DNA from: Enoplolaimus lenunculus | Lineage: Eukaryota | Direction: 5' to 3' | Assembly: GCA_030248215.1 (NCBI GenBank) | Contig: JASANG010000932.1 | Coordinates: 1-64,000 of the forward strand | DNA length: 64,000 nucleotides | Shown here: positions 37,034-50,112 of the stretch, one piece after another | Layout of the letters: every line of letters starts with the position of its first letter | Numbering within the stretch: position 1 is the first letter of the stretch | The notes under the pieces: model-generated | Told to the model about the DNA's origin: nothing | The model's input: the letters and a program-made list of their open reading frames with translations, nothing else | Databases searched by the model: none | Made by a program: the position numbers and the translations under genes

Positions 37034-37671
37034 CCACTTTAATCTCTTTCCTGACTTAAATTCAAAATCAACGCAAGTCACTGCAGATGCAGGTCCATAA
37101 TTCGTTATTATTGAAGGTTTTTTGCAGGTCAAATTTTCAATGCTAAAAAGATAAAAAAATTTACTTAAAATTAAATGGACAAAATAATTAATTACGTTAA
37201 AAAGCGGTATTCTGAAAAAAACATTTTGTTTATAAAAAAATACGGGTTTTAGAGTTGAATTTTTCAAGAATTTTCAAAACGATGGAAATGACCATTTTTG
37301 AAATATGAATTTTGTAATAAAATATTTTCAAAACATTCTGTATGATGATAGAAGATGACACGTGAGGTCATTCTGTCTACAGTTTGATCATTCGGCAGGC
37401 ATAAAGGCATGTTTGTAATTAATTGTTGTTCCAGTAAGAAGTTGAAAAAAAACAAGAAATCAAATTGTTACATTGAGGAAAGTATTTGAAAAAATATATT
37501 TTGATGTCAAAAATATTTTAGAATAAAAATTTTTTCAGCGTAATTTTCAGATTTCGAAGACATCAAAAACGAAATCGTACGGAATTCTTTTGCTGAAGGA
37601 TGCAAAGGAGCATCTGCCGAAAGTGTAACCCCATATATATATACATATATATACATATATATTTATACATA

Positions 37672-37709
<38 letters not shown>

Positions 37710-39422
37710 AGTGGCTTAAAGAAATTTTCAGCTATTTCTTCATTAAGTTTTGCGAAAACGCATCAAGAACAATTTAGTAACAGAATTGAACTGAGTGCAA
37801 AAACACTAATTTTGACATAAAAAGTTTCTCAAACACAAAGTGACCAATATTTAAATGATTATAAAAAATTTGCCGCCATACCGTAAAAATTCCAGTTCCT
37901 GCATTTTTGAATGCAGGAACAGGAACAGGAACAGGAATTGAATTTTTGCACGAATTCCGGCCGGAACAGGAATCCCGGCACTGAAATCAATAGTGTGGCT
38001 GGATATTTTAAGGCTGGATTTACTTTTAAAAGGTTAAACTAAATTTTAGAATGTTGAAAATTGGGCACAGTTTTAGGCTTAGGCTTTGACCATCTGCAAA
38101 GGGTTCAAAAATTATTATAATGAGTCAAACTGCGAGCCGCCTAATTATTGAAAACCATAAGTATCTTGGCCATAAAGATGTTGATTCGTATAGTTTTAAT
38201 GTAGTTAATCTACCTTTTCGTGGTGTTTACTTAAGTCAGTACAGGGTTAAGTTAAATCTGTCAAGCGATCAACCAGAATACCTAATATGATAAACTATAT
38301 ACATTTAGACACACAATTTGACTAACAAATTTTCAGCTTAAATGCATTTAAACTAAAATTTTCAAAACCGAACAAAATTTCGCATTCAAATTTTACCCCA
38401 TTTATGCCCAATGCGGGGCGACGTGCCCTATGAAGCAGCTCATGATGCTTCATTGGGGCACACTCGGCCCCACGCCCAAGTCCCGTTTCTGCCCCCCCTT
38501 CATGTCCGTCTATGATACAAAACATACAGTAACTGTCAGCTTCGGATCACATTTTCACAACAGTTTCCCAGTTCTGTACTCCTAAACGACTATCGCGTAG
38601 CGCTTTTTTTGCCACCCTTCAATGTTTTGCCCCAATAAACTGAACGCAATTTGAACAAATTATTTTCCTATTTTAAAATATTTCAAAATTAAAATTGTAT
38701 CGCATTATATAATGGTGCGGAATTCAATTTTGACAAAATAATAATAATAATAATAATAATGTCTCATATTACTTTAGTATGGAACATGACAAAATTCAGT
38801 GCCAAATCAAACACCTTTTAATCTGTTGCAGTCTGACGAATTTACGTCGGAAACGCCGCAAGACGGGCGGTACAACGAACTGCAAAATTGCAATATTATA
38901 TCTCGTTAAGGGTTGAATTATTTTTACAAATTGCCAAAAAAATAACATATCTTATATATATATGTATATATATATGATACATAATATATATTATTTATAT
39001 TTATATATAATATCTGACATGATTGCATGTTATCGAGGATCATAAATGATAAAATAACTTTTCGACCATTCGGAATATTGAAAAACAACAAAGTTTATAA
39101 GGTGTTTTTGCAAAGAATACGGAAATCAAAACAATTTTCGTTGTCTATTAATTTTCATAAAATTACAATATTTGTTAGAACGACGCCGTCCGTTGCAGTT
39201 CTTCGACGCCAAATTGAAACAGTTTTCGACGGTCGACAATCGGTCGCTGTCTGGTGATGATTTCGAAACCGGGGTAGAATTGGGAAATTGATATCAAACG
39301 AGTTTTACGTTGAGCTTTTTTTGCAAATTTGAATGTGGTTTTTAGTTTCAATTTGTGTTTTGTTTAAACTGTAAAGTGAGAACAATGCTCCTTAATATCT
39401 GAACAGGTTTGTCTGAAGTTAC

Positions 39423-39624
39423 GGCCAATGTAGAGAACAGGGGCGGAACAGTATTATAAGCATATTCCTAAGCCTACGCCTAAGCTTAAGCCTATAAGCG
39501 TAACAATGAGCATATTCGTAAGCCTAAGCCTAAGCCTAAGCCAAGCAAAAAATAGTCTAAAGCTTAAACTTACTCCATTGCAGTCTCACAGAAAAACGTT
39601 GCGCCCTTGATCTTTACATGGGCC
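39423..39624. mobile_element. TTAGGC-MITE
   Basis: TIRs; TSD GAAGTTAC/AAAGTTAC. Confidence 0.9.
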
Positions 39625-39830
39625 AAAGTTACAAACGCGCCAATTTAGTGGACAAATCTCCAATATTGGCTTTAACTTAAAAATAAGTTTAGCTTAAACT
39701 CGTCGTAAATTAAAAAAAGGTGTATGTTTAAATTGAACTTTAAATTCTAGTTTCGTTTTAGTCCGTCAAACCATTTAAGTTTTGCTTAAACTCACATTCA
39801 AGTTTTAGTTAAGCTGTAATTTAAGTTTTA

Positions 39831-39967
39831 GAGTTGCCGCTATACTTGACGTCCAGGGTCGTCCATCACCGTCGGTCACCAACGTTTATATCGTACGTGA
39901 GTTATTTGTGTACGATACCGCATGGTGACGGGCGGCGCCGTATGTCAACAAAAGTATAGCGCAACCC
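39831..39967. mobile_element. MITE family E, short copy
   Basis: TTA TSD; ends similar to the 22283 copy. Confidence 0.7.
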
Positions 39968-40130
39968 TTAAGAGTTTTTAGGGGCTATATTCCTTATTAA
40001 GGATGGAATCCAAAGCCAGACAGCAGGGTGGATCGCTGGAAAGACATAACGAATACCAATATCAGTCTTATCCGGTTCACTATCGCCCCCGTACGCAATA
40101 ATTGACTTGATTAGGAAATAGTAAAACGGT

Positions 40131-40250
40131 TTATTATTATTATTATTAATATTATTATTATTATGGTTGTTGTTGTTGTTGGTGTTGTTGTTGTTGTTGT
40201 TGTTATTGTTGTTACTATTATTATTATTGTTGTTGTTATTATTTTATTGT
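40131..40250. repeat. Compound (TTA)n/(TTG)n microsatellite
   Basis: Read directly. Confidence 0.9.
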
Positions 40251-40626
40251 TTTGATTCGATAATTACCGAGACAGTTCAACAATTCAGCTTAAAAAATTG
40301 CTGTAAAACACCTGTCGCTTCAGTCGCGTTTTAATTTCAAAACCAGTTTTTATTTTCAATTTCCGTGAATTCTGCCTAAATTTTCCTTAAATTTCAAATT
40401 TAATACATTTTCAGTTTTGTTCAATTGTATCGAAAGAGTTTATTTGCCACAAATGTTCTTAGACAAAAGTATGCAATAGGCAGTTGCGAATCCTGAAATT
40501 GTATGAAGCGGAAAATGCGAGAGATATAATAGTTGAAAAAACCTCGATGTCCAGGGGAATCTAAACCTACTCTTTTATAGACTCACTAGAAAGCTAGACG
40601 TTTCTATTAAAGTGACAGCCTTTACA

Positions 40627-40838
40627 CACTGCAAAAAATGGTGAATCGAATTGACTCTGTTCGGAAATAGGCTCTACGGGACTACACAAACTGAGACAAA
40701 TTTGATTCCGTCAGAGTCAAACGTGCGATTCAGTGAATCGAATTTGACTCTGGTGGAGTCGAATTTGACTCAGTTTGTGTAGACTCGTAGAGCCAATTTC
40801 GGAGAGAGCCAATTTGACTCACCATTTATTTTCCAGTG
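40627..40838. mobile_element. Palindromic CACTG MITE family C
   Basis: ~90-bp inverted arms. Confidence 0.8.
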
Positions 40839-41363
40839 TACTATAAGCCATAACACAAAATCTTGGTTTTGATACTTTGCCGGGGAACCCATCTTTAACC
40901 TTATCATCATATACTGATCGAAAATGCATCAACGCTGGACTTTTATTTTACTTCCCAAGAAACAAATGTTGCAATATTCAAGAAATATTCTCTAAAATTT
41001 AAGACAATTACACTCTAATCATTTTGAAACAAATTTGTTCACACACATTCAGAGCCAAAAAAGTCAAAGTTTGACTCGACTGGAGTCATGAAATTCTGAC
41101 CACTTTACTGACTCACAATGTCAAAAATTTTGACTTTGCAAGTTGAGTCAATAGTTTAGTGTCAAAATGTCACTCAATATCAATAGGAGTCCATATACTT
41201 AATTAGACTCCGGCAGCTGATAGAGTCTGTAACTCCTCATTAGAGTACCTAAAACCGAAACAGGAGCATGGCCTAGACTACTCAAATATGTAACAGACAC
41301 TTCATATAGCCCGTAAAATTTAATTGAAAAAGACTAACGGGCATGGCAATCTATAAAAGCAAT

Positions 41364-41522
41364 GGTCATTGTTAACAACAGCGGTGGAACCGTATTATAA
41401 GCTGAAATCCTAAGCCTAAGCCTAAGTCTAAGTCTAAGCCAAGCAAAAAATTAATCTAAAGCTTAAGCTTATTCGATTCTAGTCCCACAAAAAACGTTCC
41501 ACCTCTGATCTTTACATCGGCC
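41364..41522. mobile_element. TTAGGC-MITE
   Basis: Degenerate TIRs; TSD AAAGCAAT/AACGCAAT. Confidence 0.8.
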
Positions 41523-41836
41523 AACGCAATTTAAACCAAATTTAAGTTTTGCTCAAAAGAAATAATATAAAAACGGATGGTGTTGGGTGCAACTGAATAT
41601 GGGAACAATTAAAAATAAATGTCCGTAAACTTATAACAGGAGGGCATTCTCAGGAAACGCAAAATATATGTCAACCCCCCTTATTCGGGTGCTCCGGCCT
41701 GGCGTATTCTTGCGAGTTAAAGCACTTTTACAAAGTTTACGTTATCAGCGTAAAAACATTTCTTAGTCGATGGGACAGTAGAAGATTTTTCAAAAAAGAA
41801 CCAGGAACATTTTCTTAAAATTATTTCGGCGGCGCC

Positions 41837-42087
41837 CTCTGTAAATTCCAATGTGTTAATTAATCAACTCAGAGAGAGAATTAGTTATTTCTGGTTATTT
41901 CTGAGTTATTGACAGTAAATATTATCTCAACGTGAGCTGATATTATTCTCGGTTAGTTGACTAATTAACTCAGAAAGAGTTCATACTGTTCAGATTTTTG
42001 AGTTGTGAAAGACCTAATTCAGAGCTCAGACCACTGAGTGGATTCAACTCATTCTGAGTTAAAATCAACTCACTAGGATTTACAGTG
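41837..42087. mobile_element. MITE family B
   Basis: CTGTAAATTCCAATG ... GATTTACAGTG. Confidence 0.8.
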
Positions 42088-42106
42088 TAGAAAAACTTTC
42101 AGCTTA

Positions 42107-42313
42107 CACTGTAAAAATGGTGAGTCAAATTGACTCTCTCGCAAACAGGCTTTTCCTGACTGCAAAAACTGAGTCAAATTCGACTCCGCCAGAGTCAAAT
42201 TCGACTCACTAAGCCGCACTGTTGACTTTGGCGGAGTTGAATTTGACTCAGTTTGTGTAGTTCAGTAGAGCCTATTTCGGAGACAGTCAATTTCACTACC
42301 CATTTTTACAGTG
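42107..42313. mobile_element. Palindromic CACTG MITE family C
   Basis: Near-complete foldback; TA on both sides. Confidence 0.85.
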
Positions 42314-42559
42314 TAGAGGCGTCGAAGATGAATGCAGAATTTTGGCAGTTCCTACCGTAGTTACAGCCCAAAAGCGACTTCTGAACATTTCCGAACGATT
42401 TCTGTGCAACATTTTTGAAAAGTTCAAAAAATCAAATTTTGAGGTTATTTAAATGTGTCAAAAAACACCCGACAGTGGCTGTTATACGCCGCTTTCGAGC
42501 TGACACGATTACTGGAGCGTTGCCCTTGAGTTGCAAAGTCAGCATCATCATATTAAAAG

Positions 42560-42592
<33 letters not shown>

Positions 42593-44863
42593 TAGAAAAA
42601 AATAAACACTATTGTTTTAACGAGAACATTTCGTCAATGTGAAACGGATCAGCGAAACGATAAGACATTCACCGATAGATGATTTTCAGGTGTATTCTGT
42701 TGCTGTCTTTGTTTCTTTAATTTTTCTCTCATTTCTCTTTCTCTCTCTTATTCTTCTCTCTAATCTTCAGGTTCTCAGTTTGCCGGTTCGGCTGGCGCTT
42801 TATCTTTCTGTTTCTTGTTTATTCCTTTTTCTTGTCCTGTGCGTTTGCCTTCCATGTTTTCTTTTATTCTTTCTCGTGTTCGCTGTTTAGCTTTCTTGTT
42901 TTCTCTTTACTTCGTTTTTGTTTTCGCTTTTTCACTTTCTGGTTTTCTGTTTCTCTTTCTTGTTTTCCCTTTTTGTTTTTTTGGTTTCTTTTTTGCTGTT
43001 TTCACTTTTTTGCGTTGCTTTGTTTCTTTCGTGCTCCTTGCTTTCTTGTTTCTCAGCTTTTTTCTTATGTTCCTATTTTCCTTTTGTTTTTCTTGGTTCA
43101 TTTTGTCTTTCCTATGTTATTCTTTTTTTCTGTATTTTGTTTTTTTTTGCTTTTTCTCTTTTAAACACCATTGTCCTTTCTCTCATTCTATTTCGTCTCT
43201 TCGCTTGTATGGCCAAAAACAAAAAAAAAGATAAAAGAACGGTATTTTCTTCGTATGGATTCTTTAGAATCAACCGAATGAGAAAAATACACTGGACGTA
43301 ATCGCATACTTAATACTGCTACGAAAAGCCATCCCATCACTCAAGTTGACTTATTTGTAAGTAAGTATTCTCTCTTATTTGTAAAAGTAATAATTCTCTT
43401 AATTGTAACAATTCTCTTAATTGTAATAAAATTTTATTTTTTCTTTTGTTTTTATCATTTATTTTGCAACTTATTTTCGGCTCATTTACCGTGAACCGAT
43501 CACAGTGAAACGTTTTTGTCATTTTGAATAAATGCCGTAAAGCGCAAATATAATAAAAAAAGAGTGAAGATTTTGAAAAAATCTTGTTATACTCTCTTAA
43601 AAGGGTTATGCGACAATGAGAAACATAAGAGTGTAAATTCTCTCTTTTCATTTTGTCATTGCAACCGATCTCGTTCTCTTATTTTGACTTTTATCTTTTG
43701 TTTTTTGCTTAAAATTATTATTTTATTTTCTCTTATAATCAAATTTGGGTATCGGATCAATTCTGGTTTCTGTTCGTATGCCCAGGACAATTTTAGCGCC
43801 ACCGTTTCGGCCAAACAACAAAAAATGATTTTATAAATTGGCTGTCCAATGAAATTTTAGTTTAAAAACTAACCAATCAAAATTAAGTATATTAACTCGT
43901 CTCGGAAACGGCCGTTTTTTCTAGCATAATTGAGTAATAAAATAAGTCAAAAAAATTTAAAACAAAAATATACTTTAATGTTTTTGTAATGTTTTTTAAA
44001 ACAGTAATCACGCCTTTTATACTGGGGACCAATGAAATTTTAGCTGCAAAATTTCAATCGTCCAATCAAAAATTTAGCAATTTTTATTGTGTGTTTCAAA
44101 AGCCTTTTTATCAGCTTTCACGCCAGTTCCAAAAGGTTAATAGTATTTGTAATATTAATGTAAAACACTTAATATTGTATTTTTATTAAAAAGAAATACT
44201 TAAATTATTTTGAACCCGAATTCCAATATGATTACGTGGGAGTTTTTTTCGTAAATTATTCTGATTTGATTGACATATTTTCACGGCAAAGTTCGCAAGA
44301 TGTCAAAAACAATGTGATACACTTGTGAATCCAAATCGCAAAACATATTCAGCGTTTCAGCTGACTGCAATTGCAGTATTTTGCAATTTTTTTTCGATAC
44401 TCAAATTGCAAAAATAATTTTATTTTCTTAAACGTTGTTTTACCTGTTTTTTGTACTTTCACTATTTCAAATGCTGATAAGAATGTTACAGAACTCGATA
44501 TAAGCTCTATCTTTTAGGCAAACTTTAATATTAATATTCGCTAATATGCTTCAATGGGTGTAGCGTCGACCAATTTATAGCACTGTTGTCCATTTTTCAA
44601 GGTAGGAAATCTGCAACCAGGAGCGACCAGCTTGTAGGTAATGTTTCCACAAAACAGCTATTCTCATAGTCCAGGGTGTAAGGTGAGGTTTTGTTGGTAA
44701 GGCTGAAAATTTGGGACATCATGTTCAACTTGGAAAAAAGTGAAAAATGAAAGCTCGTACATTTTCCTTTGTTTTGGTAGGCAACTTTGCGAAAAGCGGT
44801 AAATGTGGAAAAGTGGAAAATTTGAACGCATAGGTTTTACCTAAATTAGGATACCGCTGTTCA

Positions 44864-45536
44864 TGCGGGGTTCACGTTATAACTGCGGCATCCCGGAACA
44901 CGTTTTGTGCCATGATGATTCGACGCCATCATAAAATTTTGTGATCTTAATAGCGGTTTGTAGACAAATGTGAATGTTACATGATATTGGTTTAAAAATT
45001 CCGCATCTCCAGAAGTTATCGTTTACAAACAGCCATATTTTACATGATACCGCGGAAACATTTATGGGAATATCATATGATATTCCGAAATTCTACAGAA
45101 AATCGCGTGATATTATGCAGGACATTGTAATTTATGCGCACGAATAAGAAAATCCAGATAATTTAGCTGTATGCGATTTCGAATAGTAAATTAGCTTCTA
45201 TTTTTCTGTTTCCGCTGAAAGTTCCGCTCAAATATATTCCTAAGTACAAATAATTCAAACATTAAATTTTAGTATCATATGATATTCCACAGGACATTCA
45301 GGCTAGTTTACCACAACCATGCAGACATTTTCAAACATGTCATATGATACATGACGGACAATATTTTGAATATCATATGATATTGCAGTACAAATAGTGG
45401 ATGTCACATTAAGATAGCAGATAATTTAATTTTTTTAAATTTGACAGCGGATTGACGTGTAGACAAAATGTTACCCGATTTTGTAATAGGGATAAAACGT
45501 GTTCCAGGCTGCCGCAGTTATAACATGAACCCCGCA
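44864..45536. mobile_element. PIF/Harbinger-like non-autonomous element, 673 bp (partial copies ~23177-23340 and ~33716-33950)
   Basis: ~42-bp TIR TGCGGGGTTCA.GTTATAACTGCGGCA; perfect TCA TSD; repeated CATATGATA motifs. Confidence 0.85.
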
Positions 45537-45959
45537 TCAGTTGTTGAAAAATGGATAAGTAGAAAACACAAATATACGCTTTCGCCTGATTTGGTAGGAA
45601 AAATTAGCGTTTGGCAGATAAAAATCTGAAGTGTGTAATTTTGTTTGAAAAACGGAAAAAGAGCAAATTTGAGTCATTTAGGTTTTTCTGGATTTGGTAT
45701 TAATAAAAACTTCACTTAACACCCCGTTAGCCTCTGGAATATAGTTTCAGATGTTTTTGAGTTATCAGAGGTCCAGGCAAAAATGTAGCCTAGGGTAGCG
45801 AGATCCCACTATGTCCATATCGATAAGGAGGTCGGGGTAGTCTAAGAACCATCTACCTCAGTCAATGTACCGTGACTCGCTTCAAACACTATAATTTATA
45901 TAATGGCACACAGTCGATTCGGGTCTTTAGCCTGAGTGGGAGTATACCTACCGGTGTGA

Positions 45960-46305
45960 TTTTCACCACCAAACGAGAGAAAACCTAAGACATTAAATTT
46001 TCCACTTGTCCCGTTTTCTAAACAAATACTACGCTTCAAAGATTTTGTCACCAAATCGAAAAAACCTGGACTTTTGAATTTCCCACTTTTCCTGTTTTCC
46101 AAATCTCACAAGCGTAGAATTTGTTTGGAAAACAGGAATAGTGAAAAATTCAAAAGTCTAGGTTTTGCCGTTTTTTAAACAAATACTACGCTTTAAAGAT
46201 TTGTTCTATCAACTAAAAAATTCCTGGCCTTTTGAATTTTTCACTTTTCCTGTTTTCCAGACAAAACCTACACTTCAAATTTTCGTTACCAAATCTAAAA
46301 ATCCT
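45960..46305. repeat. Degenerate ~75-bp repeat cluster in direct and inverted orientation
   Basis: Recurrent TTGAATTT..CACTTTTCCTGTTTTCCA and ACAAATACTACGCTT.AAAGATTT. Confidence 0.6.
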
Positions 46306-46478
46306 CGTATGTCAAACAAGAGTGCCTATGCTGCACTCCTGGCCGTAGATTTTCCACCTTGGAAAATGGGAAACTCCTGTTTTATACATGGGTCACAAGG
46401 GCTTATGACAAATTCCATTCTCTGCGTTAAAGTCATTCAAAGTTTACCCAGAGTACTGTAAAATTTCACAGCAAAACG

Positions 46479-46725
46479 GGCCCATGTAAAGATCAGTGGC
46501 CAAACGTATTCTGTGGGACTGCAATAGAGTAAGCTTAAGCTTTAGGCAAATTTTTCTGCTTGGCTTAGGCTTACACTTAAGCTTAGGAATATGTTCATTC
46601 TTACGCTTAGGCTTAGTCTTAGGCTTAGGCTTAGGCTTATGCTTAGGCTTAGGCTTAGACTTAGGCTTCGGCTTTGGAATCTACTTATTATATATACGGT
46701 TCCGCCCCTGTTCTTTACATTGGCC
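46479..46725. mobile_element. TTAGGC-MITE (reference-like copy)
   Basis: TIRs GGCCCATGTAAAGATCAG / CTGTTCTTTACATTGGCC; perfect TSD GCAAAACG. Confidence 0.9.
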
Positions 46726-46946
46726 GCAAAACGACACATATAATTGGTACAACAATCATTACATAACCATCAGAACGGAGTATACTCCCTGGTATCGCTA
46801 CTATGTGTCACCGAAGCTTAGTATCAGTGCCAGAGGTATTTTTTGTGTTAACGGCAGACGTTCAATTTTAAAGGGACCTTATCTTGGTACCCTCAAATTG
46901 ATGAATCTGGTTGGCGGAACCAAAACATGCCTTACATTGACGGCAA

Positions 46947-47197
46947 CACTGTAAATTCCAATGAGTTGATTAATCAATTCAGCTAGCGAGTAAAGTTATT
47001 TCTGAATTAAAATCAGTAAACGTTATAACTCGCTCTGAGATGAGATGACTCTCACTCTGAGTTGAGTTGACCCTGGGTGAGTTCATTAACACAGAATAAT
47101 TTAAATCAACACAAAGTTCTGAATTCTGATAGTCCTAACTCAGACTGAATGATTCAACTCATTCTGAGTTAAAATCAACTCACTAAAATTTACAGTG
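46947..47197. mobile_element. MITE family B
   Basis: CACTG...CAGTG; AA TSD. Confidence 0.85.
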
Positions 47198-47593
47198 AAG
47201 ATTTTCCAGCGAAATATTACTCAAGAAAACTTACGTTCAATTTGAACATTTTATTCGACGTCAAATTTGGCATTTTCATTGCTTACGGTATTGCATAAGC
47301 AATATTTTTGCGTTTATTCAGTTCTATTTTTATCCGTATTTAATTATATCGACTGACCCTTTATTATCACGGTTTCAATATCAAAATAGCTTTGCGATTG
47401 ACTGGAAAACATTGCGCTAATTTTGGTTGCAAAATTAACCATCCACTTTTTTTAACAATTTTACTCCGGCGCCTGAACAAGACTAATTTCAAGCAGGACC
47501 CCGGCCTTCCATAATTTCAAACAAATACAAGATCATCTCCGGCAGATGGGACTACAAATCCTTAGATTAATCATCAAAATTATCTCATATGTG

Positions 47594-47599
47594 TATATA

Positions 47600-47654
<55 letters not shown>

Positions 47655-47685
47655 TATATATATATAAATATATATATTTATATAT

Positions 47686-47742
<57 letters not shown>
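47594..47742. repeat. (TA)n microsatellite
   Basis: Read directly. Confidence 0.9.
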
Positions 47743-47744
<2 letters not shown>

Positions 47745-48975
47745 TAATAATTATGAAAAATCAATCTTTTGACGCAACTGCTCCATCTCTACTTAATACG
47801 CACCGTAATGTTCACAAGAGGCGATCGGAAAATTCTGTCGTTTTTTTATATTTATTTTATTAAGTAACACCGATGACCGTATAAGGTAACGCTTTTAAGA
47901 TTAATTTCTTTTTATTTTGTTGTTGTTGTTTTTGTTATTTCCTCGTTTTACCACAATATAACCGATATATGTTTCCGTTTGAGTATATTGTCTTTTTGAC
48001 ACATATTTCAACTTTAATACACTCTTAAAGCGGTTATCAGTGTTAATTTACAAAAATTATCATAACATTTTTTTGCTATTTTCACGGTATTCCATGCTAA
48101 TCCGATGGATTTTCTGTGATATTTGTCCCGTATGAGATGGTTTACTTAATGTGGCGGTTTAATCTGTCCGGTCCCACACCGTCCGATAGGGCTTGACACC
48201 CTATTTCCATATCTAACCTGCAGCATTCCAAAAATTTTGAAGTTAACGGTCGCAGGGTATAACGTGAATTTTTTTCCGCAGCGACAAAACAATTGCTCCG
48301 GTACAAAAATCAACATCCGACTTCGGTAGAATTATACCGATAAATCCGGTAATTTCGGTAGTGAAATTTTTTGCTATTTTTACTAAAGTTACGCTTTTTA
48401 GTGAATTTGTTCGTAAATTTGCGGGCAATCTTAACAGCATTTATTCCCAACAAAATTTTTTTAATTAGAAAACAACTAAACAGAGTGTAACCGGATATTT
48501 GTTTCTGTTTTCGTTTCCGATAAAAATCCGTGTCCGTTTCCGGTTCCGTTATAGAAATAACAAAAATTCTGTTGTTGTTTTTATGTTCAAAATTAGTTAT
48601 ATAAATCACTTATATACTTCCACAATTTTTCCGTTGCGTTGGCAAAAAAATGAAACATTTTTGACAATTTTTATAATACAATATCCGTGTTTTGTTTCGG
48701 TTATTTTTATTATTCGTTTACACCCTGCAACAAAATAATTGTGGTATTAAAAAGCGTTGATTTAAGTTGTGTAGAATTTCTGACCAAGCGAACAATTGTC
48801 TTGTATTAACAAAATTGGACAGCTTGAATCATTTGTCTAAGGGACAGTAGAACCAACTTACACAAGCACTGACAGTACCCGAACTTTTTATAAAGAGGCC
48901 AGGCCAATGCACCCTCTGTGGCGGCACGTAAGCTCCAAGCAGTTGGCTTGATTGAGTTTGAATCAGAAACTACCG

Positions 48976-49065
48976 GTTGCAATTGTTAAACACGGTGCGA
49001 TATATATTATTAAACGTATCTACACTGCGCTCAGTTGCCCATAGTCAACTCTATACGAGACGGGG
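48976..49065. mobile_element. Isolated right end of the piggyBac-like element
   Basis: GTTGCAATTGTTAAACACGGTGCGATATATATTAT...GGGG followed by TTAA. Confidence 0.75.
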
Positions 49066-49242
49066 TTAACCAATTTTTGAAAACTTTAGTAGAACCTAAA
49101 TCTTAACACAAAATTTCGGTTTTGATACCTGCCAGTGGGGCCTACGCCTGGGTAGCTCCGATTGGCTCCGCCAGTGCTTGTATTTTTCGCACCTGTAACT
49201 TATAAAGCTTACGCTGGCAATATTTAAACTTGAAAGGGTTAA

Positions 49243-49388
49243 GGCCGATGTAAAGAACAGCAACGGAACAGTAATATAAGCATATTCCTAAGCCTAAGCC
49301 TAAGCCAAGCAAAAAATAGTCTAAAGCTTAAGCTTTCTCTACAGCTGTCCCACAGAAAAAGGTTCCGCCCGTGATGTTTACATGAGCC
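49243..49388. mobile_element. Short TTAGGC-MITE
   Basis: TIRs; TSD AGGGTTAA/AGGGTTAC. Confidence 0.85.
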
Positions 49389-49445
49389 AGGGTTACGATA
49401 ATAGCCACAAGGCAAAAGAATACCATTAAACAAAGTAGACATATT

Positions 49446-49626
49446 GGCCAGGGTTAGTTTTTATGGCAAAACATCACGCCCTTAATCTATTGCCTAAGCC
49501 CAAATCAAAACTTAACCCACAACAAAATAAAAGATAAAGCCTAAGCGCAAATTTCACTTTAAAGCTTAAGCCTGCTCTATTGCAGTCCTGAGGAAAAACG
49601 AGGCAGCCATAAAAATGACATGGGCC
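49446..49626. mobile_element. Diverged GGCC-ended MITE (subfamily 3)
   Basis: GGCCAGGGTTAGTTTTTATGGC / GCCATAAAAATGACATGGGCC; TSD 6/8. Confidence 0.6.
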
Positions 49627-49928
49627 GAATTATTAATGCAAATTGTAACAGTAAACAATTCAGCAGATTAGGATATAGCTTACTGCAAACTACTCACTAA
49701 AAATATACTAAAAAATTAAGTAAAACTGTTGCCGAATTTAAGTGTCAATTTTACTTTTACTATGGTGCTTGGCAAAGTTTTACTTAATTTTAAGCAAGCA
49801 AAATTCTTAGCTTTACATTTACTTAATAAATCAGGAAACGACAGCAGTAGTTTAATACTTATTTACATTATATAAGCAATGATTTATTCAATATTTAGTA
49901 CACCTATACTTAAAAAGTTAGTAAAATG

Positions 49929-50112
49929 GGCCCATGTAGGGAACAGCGCCGGAACAGTATTATAAGCTTATTCCTAAGCCTAAGCCTAAGCCTTAGCGTA
50001 TGAATGAGCCTATTCCTAAGCCTATGCCTAAACAAAAAAATAGTCTAAAGCTTAAACTGACTCTATTATAACCCCTCCGGAAAACGATCCGGCCCAGTTC
50101 TATACACAGGCC
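49929..50112. mobile_element. TTAGGC-MITE nested in the AT-rich repeat
   Basis: Perfect TSD GTAAAATG. Confidence 0.9.

Noticed and set aside
38322..38525. GC-richer 67-aa minus-strand ORF
   Set aside because: Short, no motif, no supporting gene structure
42639..43301. Phe/Leu-rich membrane protein ORFs and a Lys-rich reverse ORF
   Set aside because: Compositional artefact of the T-rich tract
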